Shown: in pieces, positions 24,792-38,674 of the stretch
Numbering within the stretch: position 1 is the stretch's first letter
Layout: the number at the start of each line of letters is the position of its first letter
Origin: Zancudomyces culisetae HAW-14-8
Taxonomy: Eukaryota; Fungi; Kickxellomycota
Reading direction: 5' to 3'
Assembly (NCBI GenBank): GCA_052426225.1
Contig: JBNJNM010000011.1
Location: 4,402,001-4,466,000, forward strand
Length of the DNA: 64,000 bases
The notes under the pieces: model-generated
Databases searched by the model: none
Seen by the model: the letters and a program-made list of their open reading frames with translations, nothing else
What the model was told of the DNA's origin: nothing
Program-made: the position numbers and the translations under genes

Positions 24792-25883
24792 TTAGTCTTC
24801 ATCATCTGATCTAATATCGTTGATTTCTTTACCGCGGATGGCATCATATATGATTCTAAGCATGCTGGCCAGCCACATGCAAAACAGGATTTCTAGGATA
24901 CAAAGTGAGGCAACTAGTAGCCATTTGATGTTTTCAGTGTAATAATACCCATTTTGTGGATCCCACCGCTTGTCAATGTACTTTTCCGACATGTAAACCG
25001 AGTCAAAAATAATCCTTAAAAAGACAAAGTGGCGTGAATAGATCCATGAAATGACAACAAATACAAAAGCGATATTGGTACACTTTTCCATATCAAGGTA
25101 TTTAAAAATTTTAGCTGTAGGCAAAAATATATCCGCAACATCCATAGTAACATGGATAAGCAGTCCAATCGATGTCAGGTGTACGTAGTAGCTTGATACC
25201 AGTAGCCCAATTGTGAAGATGTGGTGAATTGTCATGATCATCCAATCTTTGCGCCCCTGCTCTATGTTGAGATACACCAGTGTCGAGATCCAAAAGGCTG
25301 TCTCATACAAGTAGTAGAACTTGATAGCAAATGGCATCTGCAGTACGGGATATGTTGACCACATTTCAACATGGCCAAAAAACTCCGGGTATGTTATGAT
25401 TATAACCATTCCATAGGTAAACGAAGCCAATGCCATCGCTACTCCCCACAATTGTTCCGAGAACCGCGCTCGTTTTTTAGCCGTATCCAGAGTCTTGAAT
25501 TTGCGCGCCAATGGCCGTCCAATATTTAACCCGAACTGTGCCCGCACATATAGCATTGTTAGTACAATATTTGCACAGTAGAAGATATCTTCTTTACATA
25601 TTCCGTACCTGTCAACATCAACAAGATTGGACATTTTTAGGAATTTTCCGAAAATGCTGCTATATCCGGAGTAGTAGCCAAAATATATAAACGCTAATAA
25701 TCCACCCGCTAATCCTTTCAGTTGTCTTTCTTTCTCATCGAGTCCCGTGTCTCTGTCCTCCTCCTCCTTTTGTTTTTTAAGTTCTAAAAGAACCAGTTTT
25801 TTTTGCTCCTCCTTTTGATCATCAGAGGCCTTCTTTTCCTTAACTACAGTACCACCTTTCCTTTCCACTATTTCGCATGTCAT
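24792..25883 (-). CDS. LAG1: Ceramide synthase (TLC domain, Lag1/Lac1)
   Basis: Lag1 motif RKDW...HHIFT...MDVADIFL..AK, RFSEQ, and C-terminal DIRSDDED. Confidence 0.93.
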   Translation of the reverse strand: MTCEIVERKGGTVVKEKKASDDQKEEQKKLVLLELKKQKEEEDRDTGLDEKERQLKGLAGGLLAFIYFGYYSGYSSIFGKFLKMSNLVDVDRYGICKEDIFYCANIVLTMLYVRAQFGLNIGRPLARKFKTLDTAKKRARFSEQLWGVAMALASFTYGMVIIITYPEFFGHVEMWSTYPVLQMPFAIKFYYLYETAFWISTLVYLNIEQGRKDWMIMTIHHIFTIGLLVSSYYVHLTSIGLLIHVTMDVADIFLPTAKIFKYLDMEKCTNIAFVFVVISWIYSRHFVFLRIIFDSVYMSEKYIDKRWDPQNGYYYTENIKWLLVASLCILEILFCMWLASMLRIIYDAIRGKEINDIRSDDED

Positions 25884-27786
25884 TTTATTTGCGTACTTTC
25901 AGCGCTTCTTCTTTTTTTTCGCTCGTGTTGTTTCCTACCAGATATGTTATATACCAATTTAAATGCTTCTAACACGAGATATTACACCGTACTGATATTT
26001 TTTTGCCTCGCATGTGCTTGATTCCAACTCGTTTAATTCCAATTACTTTGGACCATTCGATAAACAAAATTCTTTGAAATTCCAGTATGCTATTTATCAC
26101 CGGCTCTATCTATCAGTAGCAGCACTCCTCAACTAGCAGAGATTTGTTTAATACCGAATATACACACTAATATACCCCCTTCAACATCTATCCAGACTGA
26201 TGCCTCTGTTTATTTACTGTGCTGAATTACCTAGATTTTTTATTTATAAACCTAGCTTATTCATTGTTTTCCAAGTTTTGCACAAAAAAATTTTTCATTT
26301 CTCCCCCTCCAAGGTTGTGAATTTCCAAGAATTTTTCTAGAGGGATTATAGCTGTTTGTTTTTATTTACCGCCTTGGAGGATTTTTTAATTAATTTTTTG
26401 TTTGGGCTGAGCTGAAAACAGAAAAGCTATGCCAGATTATCCAGATACATTTTTAATCAACACACGTACATTTCTGTTTATCTTTTGTTTCATTCATACT
26501 TTCATTCATACTTTCATTAAAAAAATTTGCAGCAGTCTTCAAGCAATGTGTAACATTCACCATGTTCAAAGAAGGCAAGTGTGGTTAAGAGTGCAAACAA
26601 GAATGTTTGATGGAATAGGGAAGAATACGAATTGAAGCGAATAAACAAAAAAAATATGCATGTTCTGGTTCTCTGTGGACTACACGCATTGTTACTTTGC
26701 TCTGCTTTTGTGCACATAGTTCCGCCCCTCATTAAACATCTTTCACAACAGTAAACCCCTGTAATATTTTACATTTTCTTTAGATTCCAGTTTGTTTTAT
26801 AGAATCTACAATAAAAAATAAATTACGGTAACTAATTGGAAAATGGACGTTTCAAGCTGATAAAAAACCTGCACAAAATACATAATCATCATGAACATCA
26901 GAGTCGATAAAACACTACAGATTTTGTAACTTCTGCTTCACTTGCTGCCTGTTGTAAAACAATAACATTTCCATTGCCACTATTACATAATTTAGTAGCG
27001 ATCTCATTATTATTACCCAGTATTATACCCCTCTTTTATCTTTTTCTTTCTAGCTTACGCAATACCGCACTATCTTCATCTATGTTTTGATTTGTCTGTC
27101 TCGCAACTTTTTCTTGATTTTATAAGCTTTTCTGTATCACAATTACGTGTGACCAAGGAAAACTAATTGTATTTGAGTTGTTCGTTGCCCTAACAAAGAC
27201 ACCCAACTGGTTAAATCCACACGGCTTTGTGTGATAGTTGAGAGGTTCAGACCCTTGACTTTAATGGACACACCCATCTCTATGTCAACTTTCAACCTCG
27301 TATCCACTACATACCTCTATTTCAATAGGACATGTTATACCAAAAAACTGGTGTTGGCAATATTTAAAAAACTAATGTGTTTTAACTGTGGTAAATCAAA
27401 CAATAAGCGACTTCTAAATAAGAACAAATAATAGAATATCCTCCAATTAAAAAAGTGTATTTGCCATCTCTTCTAAATCTAACTTTAGTTAATGAAAATG
27501 CCAGGGTACTAAAAACATATATACAACAACTATTAAAATTCTATAACCCAGCTCAGTAATAAGAGCACTCATTAGCCACAAAAACAATGATACTCTACTT
27601 TTGTACATGGTTCCACATGGACTTTTTTAGTTTTTCCTTCTTTTGAAAAATGAGGGGAGAAAAAGCATGTTTCTGGGATTTGGCATGTTCAGATACAAGC
27701 GTTAATGCTTGATAGAATGATAGAAAGGGTACTGCAGTTTAGGTGGTTCAGAAACCCATTTATTCCTGTCTATATGGTTACTCTAT

Positions 27787-29201
27787 CTACCTATTTTTGT
27801 TTGTCTTTGTTTGGACGTTAAAAGTTGTCTGAATGAACTTAATGCTTGTGGGGAGTAGTAGGTGATGTGGTTCTTGTTTCCCAGGTGCCAGGTTTCGAAT
27901 TGCGGTGACACCACTAGCGTCGTTTTTGGGAGTGGGCTTAGAATAAGAACACATATTCGTGCTGATGTTGGAGCTATTCATATCGGGGGTACTGCCACCA
28001 CAAGTACTATCTGTCTTGTCGCTACGTAGTATCCAGGGGATAGATACCAACGGGGTGTGGTGGTTGACCATTGATACCACAGATGCAAAGTATTCTGAGT
28101 TTTTCTATGTTTTTAATACAAAATAAGGTATCATTTGGTATTGTCTCTATCAAAAATTAAATCGCAGTATACTACTACCCATAGCTCTCATGTTTAAGTA
28201 TCACCGCAACAACGGGAAAAAAGGGTAAAAACGTGCCCAGGTATATATACGTAAATAGATAAATAAACCCGAATACATCATAATGGTGTGTTACCTTTAT
28301 GGCCAAAGCCGAAACCCTTTTCACGCCCAAATATTTACATAACAACCAGAAAGGTGACTTAGAATTGTACAGTGAATTGTTTTCTGCCTCAAGCTTGACC
28401 TGTGACCCGATCCCTATTGAAGTAGGTATAGACAAGGCTATAGGTACAAGTCTTGTGGTGGATGACCTAGTGCTCTTTGAGTTTAGGATTTGAACCAGGT
28501 ATGGAAGGTGATTAACAAGCATACTATTTGTACTTGTGACATTTATATCATCGCCATTAGCACACTGAATAAACACAAATATTACACTGAATCCTTGAGT
28601 TGCTGTGCTTTTTCCTGTATTATGTAACTGTGATATTTGTTCTTCGATATTTCTAGTGATACTATTTATTCCAACACACAAATCCGACAAAACATCCTGC
28701 CTAGCTTTTGCCATTCTTGAACGTTTTTTGCTTTTCGTGGTAGTACTGTTACCAGAACTAACTTCATTATCTAAATTACTATCGTACTCTGACTTCCTTC
28801 CGACAGTTGTTGAAAATTCGAAAGCACATGTATTTTTGGCTTCTAATGGCAAGGTTTGGGAGGAATCAATTATTTCCTGCTTTCCGTGTATCGTTGCACT
28901 CTTTTCTTCGCATGCCTTTTCATTTCCTACTTTTCTTGTCTCCTGTTTTTGTTTTAGTCTGTTTTTGTGACTCTCATTGTATCGATTCTCTAGTAGCCTA
29001 ATATTATTGTCTCGGATTTTCAATTCACAATTCACATATTCTAACTAAACAAGAATAACAATTGCAAAAAAAAAGCTCTTACCCCAGTAAAGCTTGTAAT
29101 ATCTTTTCTAATAGAATTGGCTTGATCACAGGCCACTCAGTAATCGACAATGGTTGATTCAACGTTGGTTTCTTGACCACCCTTTGCTTATTGGCACTCA
29201 T
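27787..29201 (-). CDS. POP3: RNase P/MRP subunit Pop3/Rpp38-like (L7Ae fold), 3 exons
   Basis: Exon 1 ...LNQPLSITEWPVI; VGINSITRNIE, LVNHLPYLV, LGVKRVSALAIK; final exon P.VSIPWI. Joined by GT-AG introns. Confidence 0.75.
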
Positions 29202-29516
29202 ACTATTTTTTTCAAGTCCCACGTTTTACCGTGCAAAACAGTCTTTGTATTTCACCAATTTTAATTTTGTCAGTATAATACTGTGTCGTAGAATATTTTC
29301 TTTATATTATAGCGCCTGAGTATTCTCTGATGGAAAAGGAGTTGCATACCAAAGCCAAAAATATTAAACTGGTGCACTATTGTAGGGGTGGTGTTGTGTT
29401 TACCTTCACTTTATAAAAAGTTTTTTTACTTTTTTTTTTTTGGCAAATCTGATTCCACCAATATTCGTTTGCTCTAAAAATATGGAAAAAAAAACTATAC
29501 AAGACACAGATTAAAG

Positions 29517-32500
29517 TTAAGGGTGTAAAGAAATAAAGGATAGTAACGGATCGTCAGCAGCTGTTGAAACACTGTTAGATGTAGAGGATAGCAATTCACC
29601 CATTTTTGAATTAATCTTGCTGACAGGTGAGTTGTTATTTTGTGTTTTTTTGGCAGCCCCACCATACAAACCACCTCCACTACTTCCACCACTTGTGCCA
29701 GCAGCTGTACTTTTATCTTTAAATCCGCCATATCCCATGGCTTTGTAGCTAGGGATCAAATTCGCACTCAATTTTTCATTGGGATTTGCCGGGGATTCAG
29801 AGAGGTCGCTTAAATGGTTAAAGAATTTTGATGCTGTCAGGATTTCGTTAGATCCCAGCAGAATTCGGTAGTTTTTTGCCACAGCTATATTATGCGCTTC
29901 CTTAAGTTCAGAATACGTGATTCCACCCAAGACAAATACTATAATCATGGGTCTATTAGCATTAAGTACGGGGGGTAATGAGACGCCTGGTGATGATGCA
30001 ATCGATACTCTTCTATTATGCGAGGTGTATTTCTTATCATTATTTTTTTCGCTTTTGTTTCTAGAATGTTCAAAGGGGTTTGTTGTGCTCTGTTTGATGG
30101 GAGCATCTTCATTAACATTGTTATCACAGTTCTCGCTATTCTTTGCACTGGTAGTGCTGCTATCAACTTTTGTTTTATAGTCAGAACTTTCCTCGAATTT
30201 CTCGTCCTTGGCAAACCTTTTTTTTTTGAAAACGCTAGTATTTCTTAGAGTACTGGGAATAAACGTCCTGTGTGTCGTTTTTGGTGTATGGTTATCATAC
30301 ATTTTTTCAGATGATACTCGATCTTGGACTTTAGGAATATCTTTAAAACCCCCATTGTCGCTTATACTGGTATCATAGTTTAAAGTGTTGATCACAGAAG
30401 ATCTGTTAACCTGCCATGTTGGTGTCTTTTGAGTGATTATTTTAAACTTTTTATTCAACATTAATGGCTCTCTACTTGCTTTTTTTAAACCTGGAGATCT
30501 CTTGTTGATATTATTGAAGAAGTCTTCTGTATTTTTTAGTAGGCTAAAGCTATTTCCTGTGGTATCACCATCCCCGTTGACATTAGGGGCAGAATTGATA
30601 TTTTTGGCATTGTTGATATTGCTATTAGAGTTGATAGCACTACTATTATATGTACCGCTATGCGTAACGCTACCACCACTTTCGTTATTGTGATTAATTT
30701 TATTGTCCCTATTTCTGTTATAATTCCTAGCACCATTGGTTTTTGCGGTGTTAAGTATTTCGTTATTTTTGAATACCTTTTTAATAGTAAAGTATTCTGG
30801 AAAAAGATTGTAAGGTAGCAATCCAACAGAGACGGTTTCGAGTACCAGTCGCACAATTGACTTGTGGTATACTTTTTCTTGATTCTCCTCTGCACAGTTG
30901 AACCAATTAACCGTATGTGTAATATCAACAAGGTTTATCCAGTTCAAAATACTTGATTGAACCCGGTCGTCATTCCCGGAATATGCGTGTAACCCCATAC
31001 CAAACTCTGCAGAGTTATTTGTACTTGCTGCTTTGAGTGCCAGATTTATTAACTTTTCGCGTGCAAATGAAACGTTAATTTCTCTAATACTGTAGAGTCG
31101 TGTCATTCCGCTTATGTATACCAAAGATTTCCACAATATTTGCTCGTTAGCAAATAAAGCGGTTAGTGGTGATACAAGCAATGGGTCATCCTCCACTTCT
31201 ACCTTTACTCCCTTATTTTCTTTGTTTTTTAACAACAAAAACCTGATTTCTAGTCCCAATAAATACAATCTCGTCTTTAGCATATCCGAGATTCCTATAG
31301 CTTCCAATTGTGCCTTTATTTCGTTTGTTCTTTTTGTAGATGAGTATGCCTCTCCTGTAACTACAGCCTCTTCTATTGATAAGACATCCTTTAACTTGTT
31401 TTTTTCTATTTCATGCATACACCTTTCCATTAGCTTTACATGTATGCTAAAGAGATTTTTAGCTCTATTATAATCGTTTATTTTTAACATAGTATCCTTC
31501 ATATCGCTAATTGCATTTGCTGTGGTTTTAAACGTAGTATCATTGTTTTTTTTGCCTCTCCCGTCGGTATTATCATCATCTATTATAGAGTTTGATTCAT
31601 CATTTTGTCCTTTCAGTAACCTATTCATGTTGTAGATTTCTTGTGAACATCATTTAATCTGACATATTTTTAGCATTTCTTCTTCCTTTTTTTGTAGTAA
31701 CTCCAATAAGATTTTTAATTAAGCTTGGAATTAAAATACCACCCATCGCCTTCATGTAAAAAATACCAGTAATAGATAAACTTACTTTGTTATACCACTA
31801 TATTTTTCTGAAAATTCTTGAAGCTTCTGTTTTAGCACGCTTTGTGCTTCAGTGATATGTAAATACTTTAACTCCTGCCAAAGAAAATCAGTTGTTTCAG
31901 AAATCTCAACTTCAACATCATCTTTGTCTTCAGCTGGAGTATATATATATTTATCGTTATCTGACATGCTGTATCTGTATACTTTTTTCTTATTCGTAAG
32001 ACTAGACAATGGATGAATAAACTCCATTGCCATTGTCTCATATGTCACATCATGAAGTAGTGGTGTTAAGAGATCTACTGATCGATCAAGTATTATCAGG
32101 TTCACTTTTGCATTGCAACCTGTAGATACCTAGTTGTGTTGTAATTGTCTGTTGTTTTAGCTTTATGTTATTGATTGTGCGCAAATACTCTGCTCTGTAT
32201 TCACGGTTTTTAAATAAAAAGAAAAGAAAAAATGGGCACGTTATTATACGAATCTATGCTCACCTTAGTGTCCTTATTATTATTTTTAAGTCGAAGTCCA
32301 GAAGTAATTTCCGCACTTAATAAGGATGCCAACTCGTAACACATATTATGCCAAATCATCGTGTCGTTATAGTGGCGAATGACCACCTGTTCGTTGTCCT
32401 GAACCCCTATACTGAACAAAAGATTGGCCATCTTTTTTGCTATTAGTCGAAGCTCATCCTCTAAAAACGAACCCTTAAGATCTGTAGAATACAGTCTTAC

Positions 32501-33415
32501 GTAGTCATGTTTGTAGAGTTGTGTCAAAAACACATCTCTTGATATAGCTATTATGTTTTACAGATATTGGCTCAATTTTTTTTACCAAATTTATCTCCTA
32601 AACATTATTAACACATGTATAGTACTTCTATATACACTTACGTTCATACTCCATATTTATTTGATAAAAGCTTTTTGTGTAGCTCCATGTTTTGTGTGAC
32701 CTAAGTCTTTCATAGAGATACTGTGGTAATGTTGTTGTAAATATCACATGTGCTGCTTGATAAGCTACAATTGTACTGTTTGCTTTTTTGGGCTCAAAAT
32801 CATTTATTAGCATGTTAACACTGACTTCTGATGGCGTTAATAAGTACACAGCTTCTTCATCCGGTTTTTTTGTTCTACCAGGATTTTCTATTTTTTCGAG
32901 CTCTAAAAAACGCATGTAAACTTAAGAAAGGGTTATGTGAAGAAATTTGGCATGGTTTTACTAGAGCTGCAGTATAACTACAAAATGTTGTGGTGTAAAT
33001 CACAATCCTGGTAATATTTATATTTAAGAGTTTGCTTTAACATAGTAGGAAAACAGCACAGAGTATTATACCATCCCTAAAATGGAAGCATCATAGTATA
33101 CATAGTATCGAATTATAAAGATGCGGTACTTACTGATAATGTTATAAACTAGTAGCTCGGTGAGGGTAAAGTAGTTATCCAACAGTTTCATGGATCTTGT
33201 ATCGAGTACCAGTGTCATTAAGGTATCATTTAAGCTCAGTTGTTCCAGTATGTTTAATAACTCTATTTTTAAATATTTATATAAATCTAAGTCAAAGGAT
33301 AGTACAATAAAAACAATAAACATATAAAAAGGCCTTAAGGTAGTCACCTTACGCAACCAAAAATCTAAGACATACCATTCTTGTGTAAATCGATTAAAGA
33401 GGTCTCGACGGCCAT
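29517..33415 (-). CDS. SEC1: Sec1/Munc18 (SM) exocytic protein, ~6 exons, with long Asn/Ser-rich insertion
   Basis: LVLDTRSMKLL, EKIENPGR...EAVYLLTP, LIILDRSVDLLTPLLHDVTYETM, LWQELKYLHI and IIVFVLGGITYSE...ILLGS across GT-AG-bounded exons. Confidence 0.92.
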
Positions 33416-34773
33416 CGTTATTTCGTTTTTCCTGGAAGTATTGAAGCTCTATGTTTTGGTTTGGTTTGTTTTTTTTATCTTCTGGCTTGCGTATAGCTCT
33501 ATTATCTTTACTCTGTGATTATATACTATTGATATTCTTGTGGGCTCGGTTGTGGCGCGTATACTGATTTTTGATGCTTATGTAACAAAATCTTGGTCTA
33601 GTGTGAGTTTTTATTAAGAGCTCTGCTATTTTTTTTTGATAATATAAACAGAACAAAACAAGACTAAGCAAAAACTACAATAGTATTATGTATTATATAT
33701 TCAAAAGTTGGTGCTTCACATATAGCAAAAGGAAAGGCGAAAAGAAACAAACTCTATGGTAGCTGAAAAACATGATTTTTTTTCTTTTGAAAATAAGTAG
33801 GTTCCAACACCGAATTGCTTTATGGTATTTTTTTTATTGCTTAAAAGTATTGTGCCACATCAATGATATAGTATGGGATGAACTATAAAATACCAGGTTC
33901 TAGGCTTTTTTTGAAGAAACTGTCAAAAAAAAAGCTAGGAATTTTACACTTTCCTATGCGCTTATACAAAAACAACATGGATCTTTAGAACAACATTTAA
34001 CGTTGTTACAATACCAATTGCTGTTCACAGTGAAAAAAAAAGTAATATTTTGGCGAGCAGGGTCTTGATGTTGCACATGTGATCCGTGTATGTGTTTCCA
34101 AAAACCATTCATTTTTACCAAAAAAGTTGAAACTATAGGCTCATAAAGACTTATGAGAGTCTGCCACAATTGTTGCTATAATATATTACTACCCTATTCA
34201 ATTGGGGAAGGAACAAAAAAAAAGAGGAAACTAGGGAAAAAGCAACAAAAGCAAAATGAAATGCCTGACTTCTGTGGACTATGTGTACTTTTGGGAGTTA
34301 TGCAAATCACTAAAACTTTTAATCATACACCAGAATCATTGTCGTTTGTGAACCCGCAGAAACGACAATAGCTGCAGCAGTAACATTAAAATCACATGAA
34401 CAACAAAAGCTATGTATAAAATCTAACCACAACCACTTTACAGGTCCAAATAGCACAAATATTACTAAAACACCAACAAAAAAGAAAAAAGATAGCACTA
34501 GTTGCGCTTTTTCAAATACATTATCAAGCTCGTACTAACATGCACAATCCAGAATGGCTCAGTAAAGCTCATATTGCAACAATAATTATAAATGGCAAAA
34601 TACATACTGTCCTCCAATGAATCTGCACACAAGTAAAAAAAATTTAAAGAAAAAGTTAGGCTATTTCGGTTTCACGTAACAGGGTACTTTCAGGTACGCA
34701 GAGAGGAAAGATAAACAAGTATGTACAAATAAGAAAATTACTGTAATTAACAAATAGGTATACACAAATATGG

Positions 34774-36512
34774 TTATTTATGAATTTTTGAAGCGAGCAC
34801 AAACCCAGAAGAGTTGGAATTTCCAAAACCACCACCACTATTCTTGCCGCCAGTCTCATAGTTGCTGCCAGTATTACCTTCAGCCCTATAAATAAACACA
34901 AGTAATAGGTATTATATGAACAAATAGTATTCTTAAAAAAATAAATGAGTCAAAAGATTTTTTCTCGATCAATAAGTAGACTCCAAAACATACATTTGAT
35001 GAGGTTCGCCACCAGTTGCAGGTCTTCCTATAAACGAATCTTTAAATGAGGCTTTTGCGTGTGAATTCGCTTCGGATTTTATAAACACAGGTTGGCTAGG
35101 AGTAGACTCAGAAAGCGACGCGCTGTTATTGAATATAGTTGTCTGAGGATTACCAAAGGGGCCAGACGGGTTGGCAGTACTTCTAGGGGTAGGCTGATCG
35201 TACTCAATCACACCTATGATCTCATCTAAAGTATTTTCCCACTCAAAATCATCTTGGCTCAATAATCTGTCGAGTTGGTTTTCGGCTACAAATTCATAGT
35301 ATTAAAAAGCTGTTACGCTGAACAATAAAGGTGCTAAGAACCAAGTGGTAGTAAGAAAAATCTCAAAACGAAAAATTACCATGCGTAACCTCGGTAGTGG
35401 GTTTTCGCGCACTATACACTTTTTCTCTGTCACTAACATCATCTTTATAGTCCAATCGCGGCTGCTTTATAACCTGTTTTCTATTTTCCGGGGATTGAGG
35501 CTTTTCAGCTGAGACATACCGATAAAAATCATCTTCAGTGTATTCTTCAATTAGCGGGCGTCTCTGATATTTACCCACTTTTCCCACAAAGTTTCTATTA
35601 TACAAACAGTTTCCCAACACATCTCCAAACATCCTAAGTGCCCGTTTAAGCCCATCAGTCGCTGCCTCTTTCCTGGCCTATGTTGAATTTATAAAAATGA
35701 TTTATGGAAAACATACCTATCTTTTTTTTTTTCATCATTATTTAATAGCTTGACATGAATATTAACAGAGAAATGTTGCGTTTTTAGTACCTTCTCAAAA
35801 GCCATAGCCTTTGATTTAGCATTTTCAATGGTTCCATACCCTACATCCTGTTTGTTCCCACACAGTTTAAGTTTTAGTTTGATGAATGCATAATGCAATT
35901 AATAAATGAATCCATTATTGCTAAAGAAACAGTGTTTTAATCGATTGGTACATACTTCATGCTGTGTCCCATCCTTTAGTGTCACTCTAACGACACTCGA
36001 TAAACCCAAAGAAACTCTTCCATCGTTTGCAACATCCATCTATTTAAATTGTAGTTTAAGCTATTAGTAAAAGATCGAGTTTCATATCTAGTCTTAACTG
36101 CTTACATAGTCTACTGTAATATTCTGGATCGTAGAGGACCAACCGTTAAATCCAAAAACCTCATTCGCTATACTGATAGCTCGCCATCCCTCCAAATATG
36201 CGAGTCTAGCTATTAAATGTGTGTTCATTCTTGTTAGATTACATTTGGATCAAATGAAACATATTTTTATCTAGTTCCATTTTCAAGTTTACGTTCTACT
36301 GGCTCCTTTGAATTTATCTCGTTTGTTGTGTATATCTTTTCCAATATCATAAAACCGTAATTCAATTTACCTCCGCCCGCGCCTTTTCGATAGCTGATCA
36401 ATTCCGGTGGAATCTTTTTTTTTAGAACACGTGCTTTTTCTTGTGCTTCTTTTTTATTAAAAGGCGTGTTATGGATTTCCGAAGACGAGCCCTTGAAAGT
36501 GGTCTGCTCCAT
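34774..36512 (-). CDS. RAD52: DNA repair/recombination mediator Rad52, ~6-7 exons (5' end uncertain; may extend to an exon at ~36750)
   Basis: ISYRKGAGG|ARLAYLEGWRAISIANEVFGFNGWSS, VRVTLKDGTQHE|DVGYG, KAMAFEK|ARKEAATDGLKRALRMFG..LGNCLY. Confidence 0.96.
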
Positions 36513-37077
36513 TGTTATGCTGTCTGTCACTTGCCCCTATACACAAATCCGTGTAATATGTTTGAGAAATCTCAATTTATAATACAACCACTGTCCCAAC
36601 AAGAGCTTATTGACTTTTTATAACCGATTGAAACAACGTTCTGTTTTATATATATTTAACTGAGTGGATTTTTTGAAAGCTGAAAAACTGAAAAACTGAA
36701 AAATTGGATGTAGAAGCCTGATTTCACTAAACCAATTTATTTATTTCCATTTCTGTAACTTATATGCAGTCCAAAAATAAAAGCACAGATTTTATAGGAT
36801 GCGATTTTTTCCAACTTTTCATCTGCCGCAGCAAGAGTACATTATCAAAAATAGGTTTAGAACAAAAAAAAATCCCTCTTAAAGGTATACTATATACTAC
36901 AAAACTCTTCAAAGCAAAAGGAAAAGTGCAAAAATGAACAAAAAAATTGAGTGAGCAGAGCATGTGGTTAGTTTTTTTTGGCATCTATTGCTCAAAGCTT
37001 GTGATGGTTATCCGAGCCTATGATTTGTAGTGATGAGAAACATGTTAGTTTTTATATCAATTTTTTCAATAAGAATA

Positions 37078-38674
37078 CTAAATAAAAATCACATACTTGA
37101 TAGATGGTCTCGTTAAAAACTCAACCATTGCCACAACACATATTATAAGCAGGGCGAGGATAAACAATATAAAATAAACTTTTTTCTATTTTTACACGCG
37201 TTAGTGGGAAGGTTAAAGATTCGGCTCGAGTATATATATACATGTACATATATATATTGTGCTGGGTTCAGCATAGCTTTTTTTTGAATGTGATAGAAAT
37301 AAACATTGATAGCAAATTGGTGGTTACAGTTTTTGAGTTTCCTTGGTATTGCATGGCCGACTCCAACAGACCCCCCGAGCCTTCAGTATAATCTTTGGCG
37401 TTGTTGACAGCTATTTCGATATTATCTAGTACTCGTTGCTGCTTGTTTACAAGTGTATCCATCTCAATAAACAGGGCATTTAACTCCTAATAATTAGTGT
37501 TTTTTCCATATTAAACAATGTATGTGATGACAAGTTGAGTCGATTTTTTGTGTAGATATTGGTTAAAATGCTTACTTTTATGGTTTTTTCTATTTTTCTA
37601 ATGTCCCGATTCCTTATCTCTACCTCTCGAAAAATGCTCTTAGATTTCATTTTTTTATTCTCAAGAGTGTTTAAGATATGAGATAAATCAACACCCGAGT
37701 CGCCACCACTTTCTATGATTTTTTCTATTTCCTTTTGGCTAGCATTGGGCTTAACTATTTGTTTTATTTTTTAACCTTACATTATTATTATTTACCATTA
37801 CTTTTATTATCCAACGCCTATATAGATACATACATATATAAAACGGCAATTAACCCACCTGTTTTGATTTGCTTCTCAAGTTTTAAGCTATATTTCATTT
37901 GCGATTCACGCTGAACAGCTCTATAATGCACGACTACTTCTGAAAACTTTTTCACTAGTATCATATGTCGACCTCGCATCATTGCTTCATCACCTGCTGC
38001 ACATTTCAAGTTGTTTATAAAATGCTCCATTCCTATTTTATAAGGAAAAACAAAATAAATAAAACATACTACGTATCAATCAGCATATCAACTATAGAAT
38101 TTAACCTTTTATCATAAGTCTAGTCACTCTAATCCTTTCGTTTGTCTCGTCAATTGCCTTTTCTGTCAACTCTTGTATATAAGACATTGTATCTGCATCT
38201 ATAGATGTCAGGTACTTATTTTGTAAAACCTGGACGCGCTGGATATTTTCATATAGGTTTTCAATAGAAGATTCTATTTCCGCAGCCTAAGGGTACAAAT
38301 ACGGTTGTGTTTATATTACACATTCTAGTATTACATTGGGTGGAAGGCGGATATAGCTAGATACCAGCATACATAAGTATTGTTGAGACTTACATCATAA
38401 AAAAAAGTATCAAGTTTTTCATTTCTCACTGGTATGGGGGGCGTATGCTGAGTCGTTTGATCGTCTGAAACATTTCCCAGGTTTATTGCGGCCTATTTAG
38501 ATTAAGTATTATGCATATATGTTTATATATATATTGAAAGCTTGCAAGAACGTGCTTTTTTTACCATTCTTTTTGTTACTATGGGAATGTTTGTTTTGTA
38601 GCGTTTATAAGCTTAGGACACTTGCTAATATATTCATTACTTACCATTAGTTCATTGAATCTATCTCTGACCAT
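37078..38674 (-). CDS. SSO1: Plasma-membrane Qa-SNARE syntaxin (Sso1/2 type), 7 exons
   Basis: N-peptide MVRDRFNEL, Habc helices, VKPNASQKEI, SNARE motif RNRDIRKIEKTIKELNALFIEMDTLVNKQ...IE..V..A, and C-terminal TM. The 3' end could be spliced further. Confidence 0.9.

Noticed and set aside
27200-27272. tRNA-like words (TGGTTAAA...GGTTCAGACCC)
   Set aside because: No acceptor stem, an imperfect T-stem and a 6-nt anticodon loop; a cloverleaf cannot be built.
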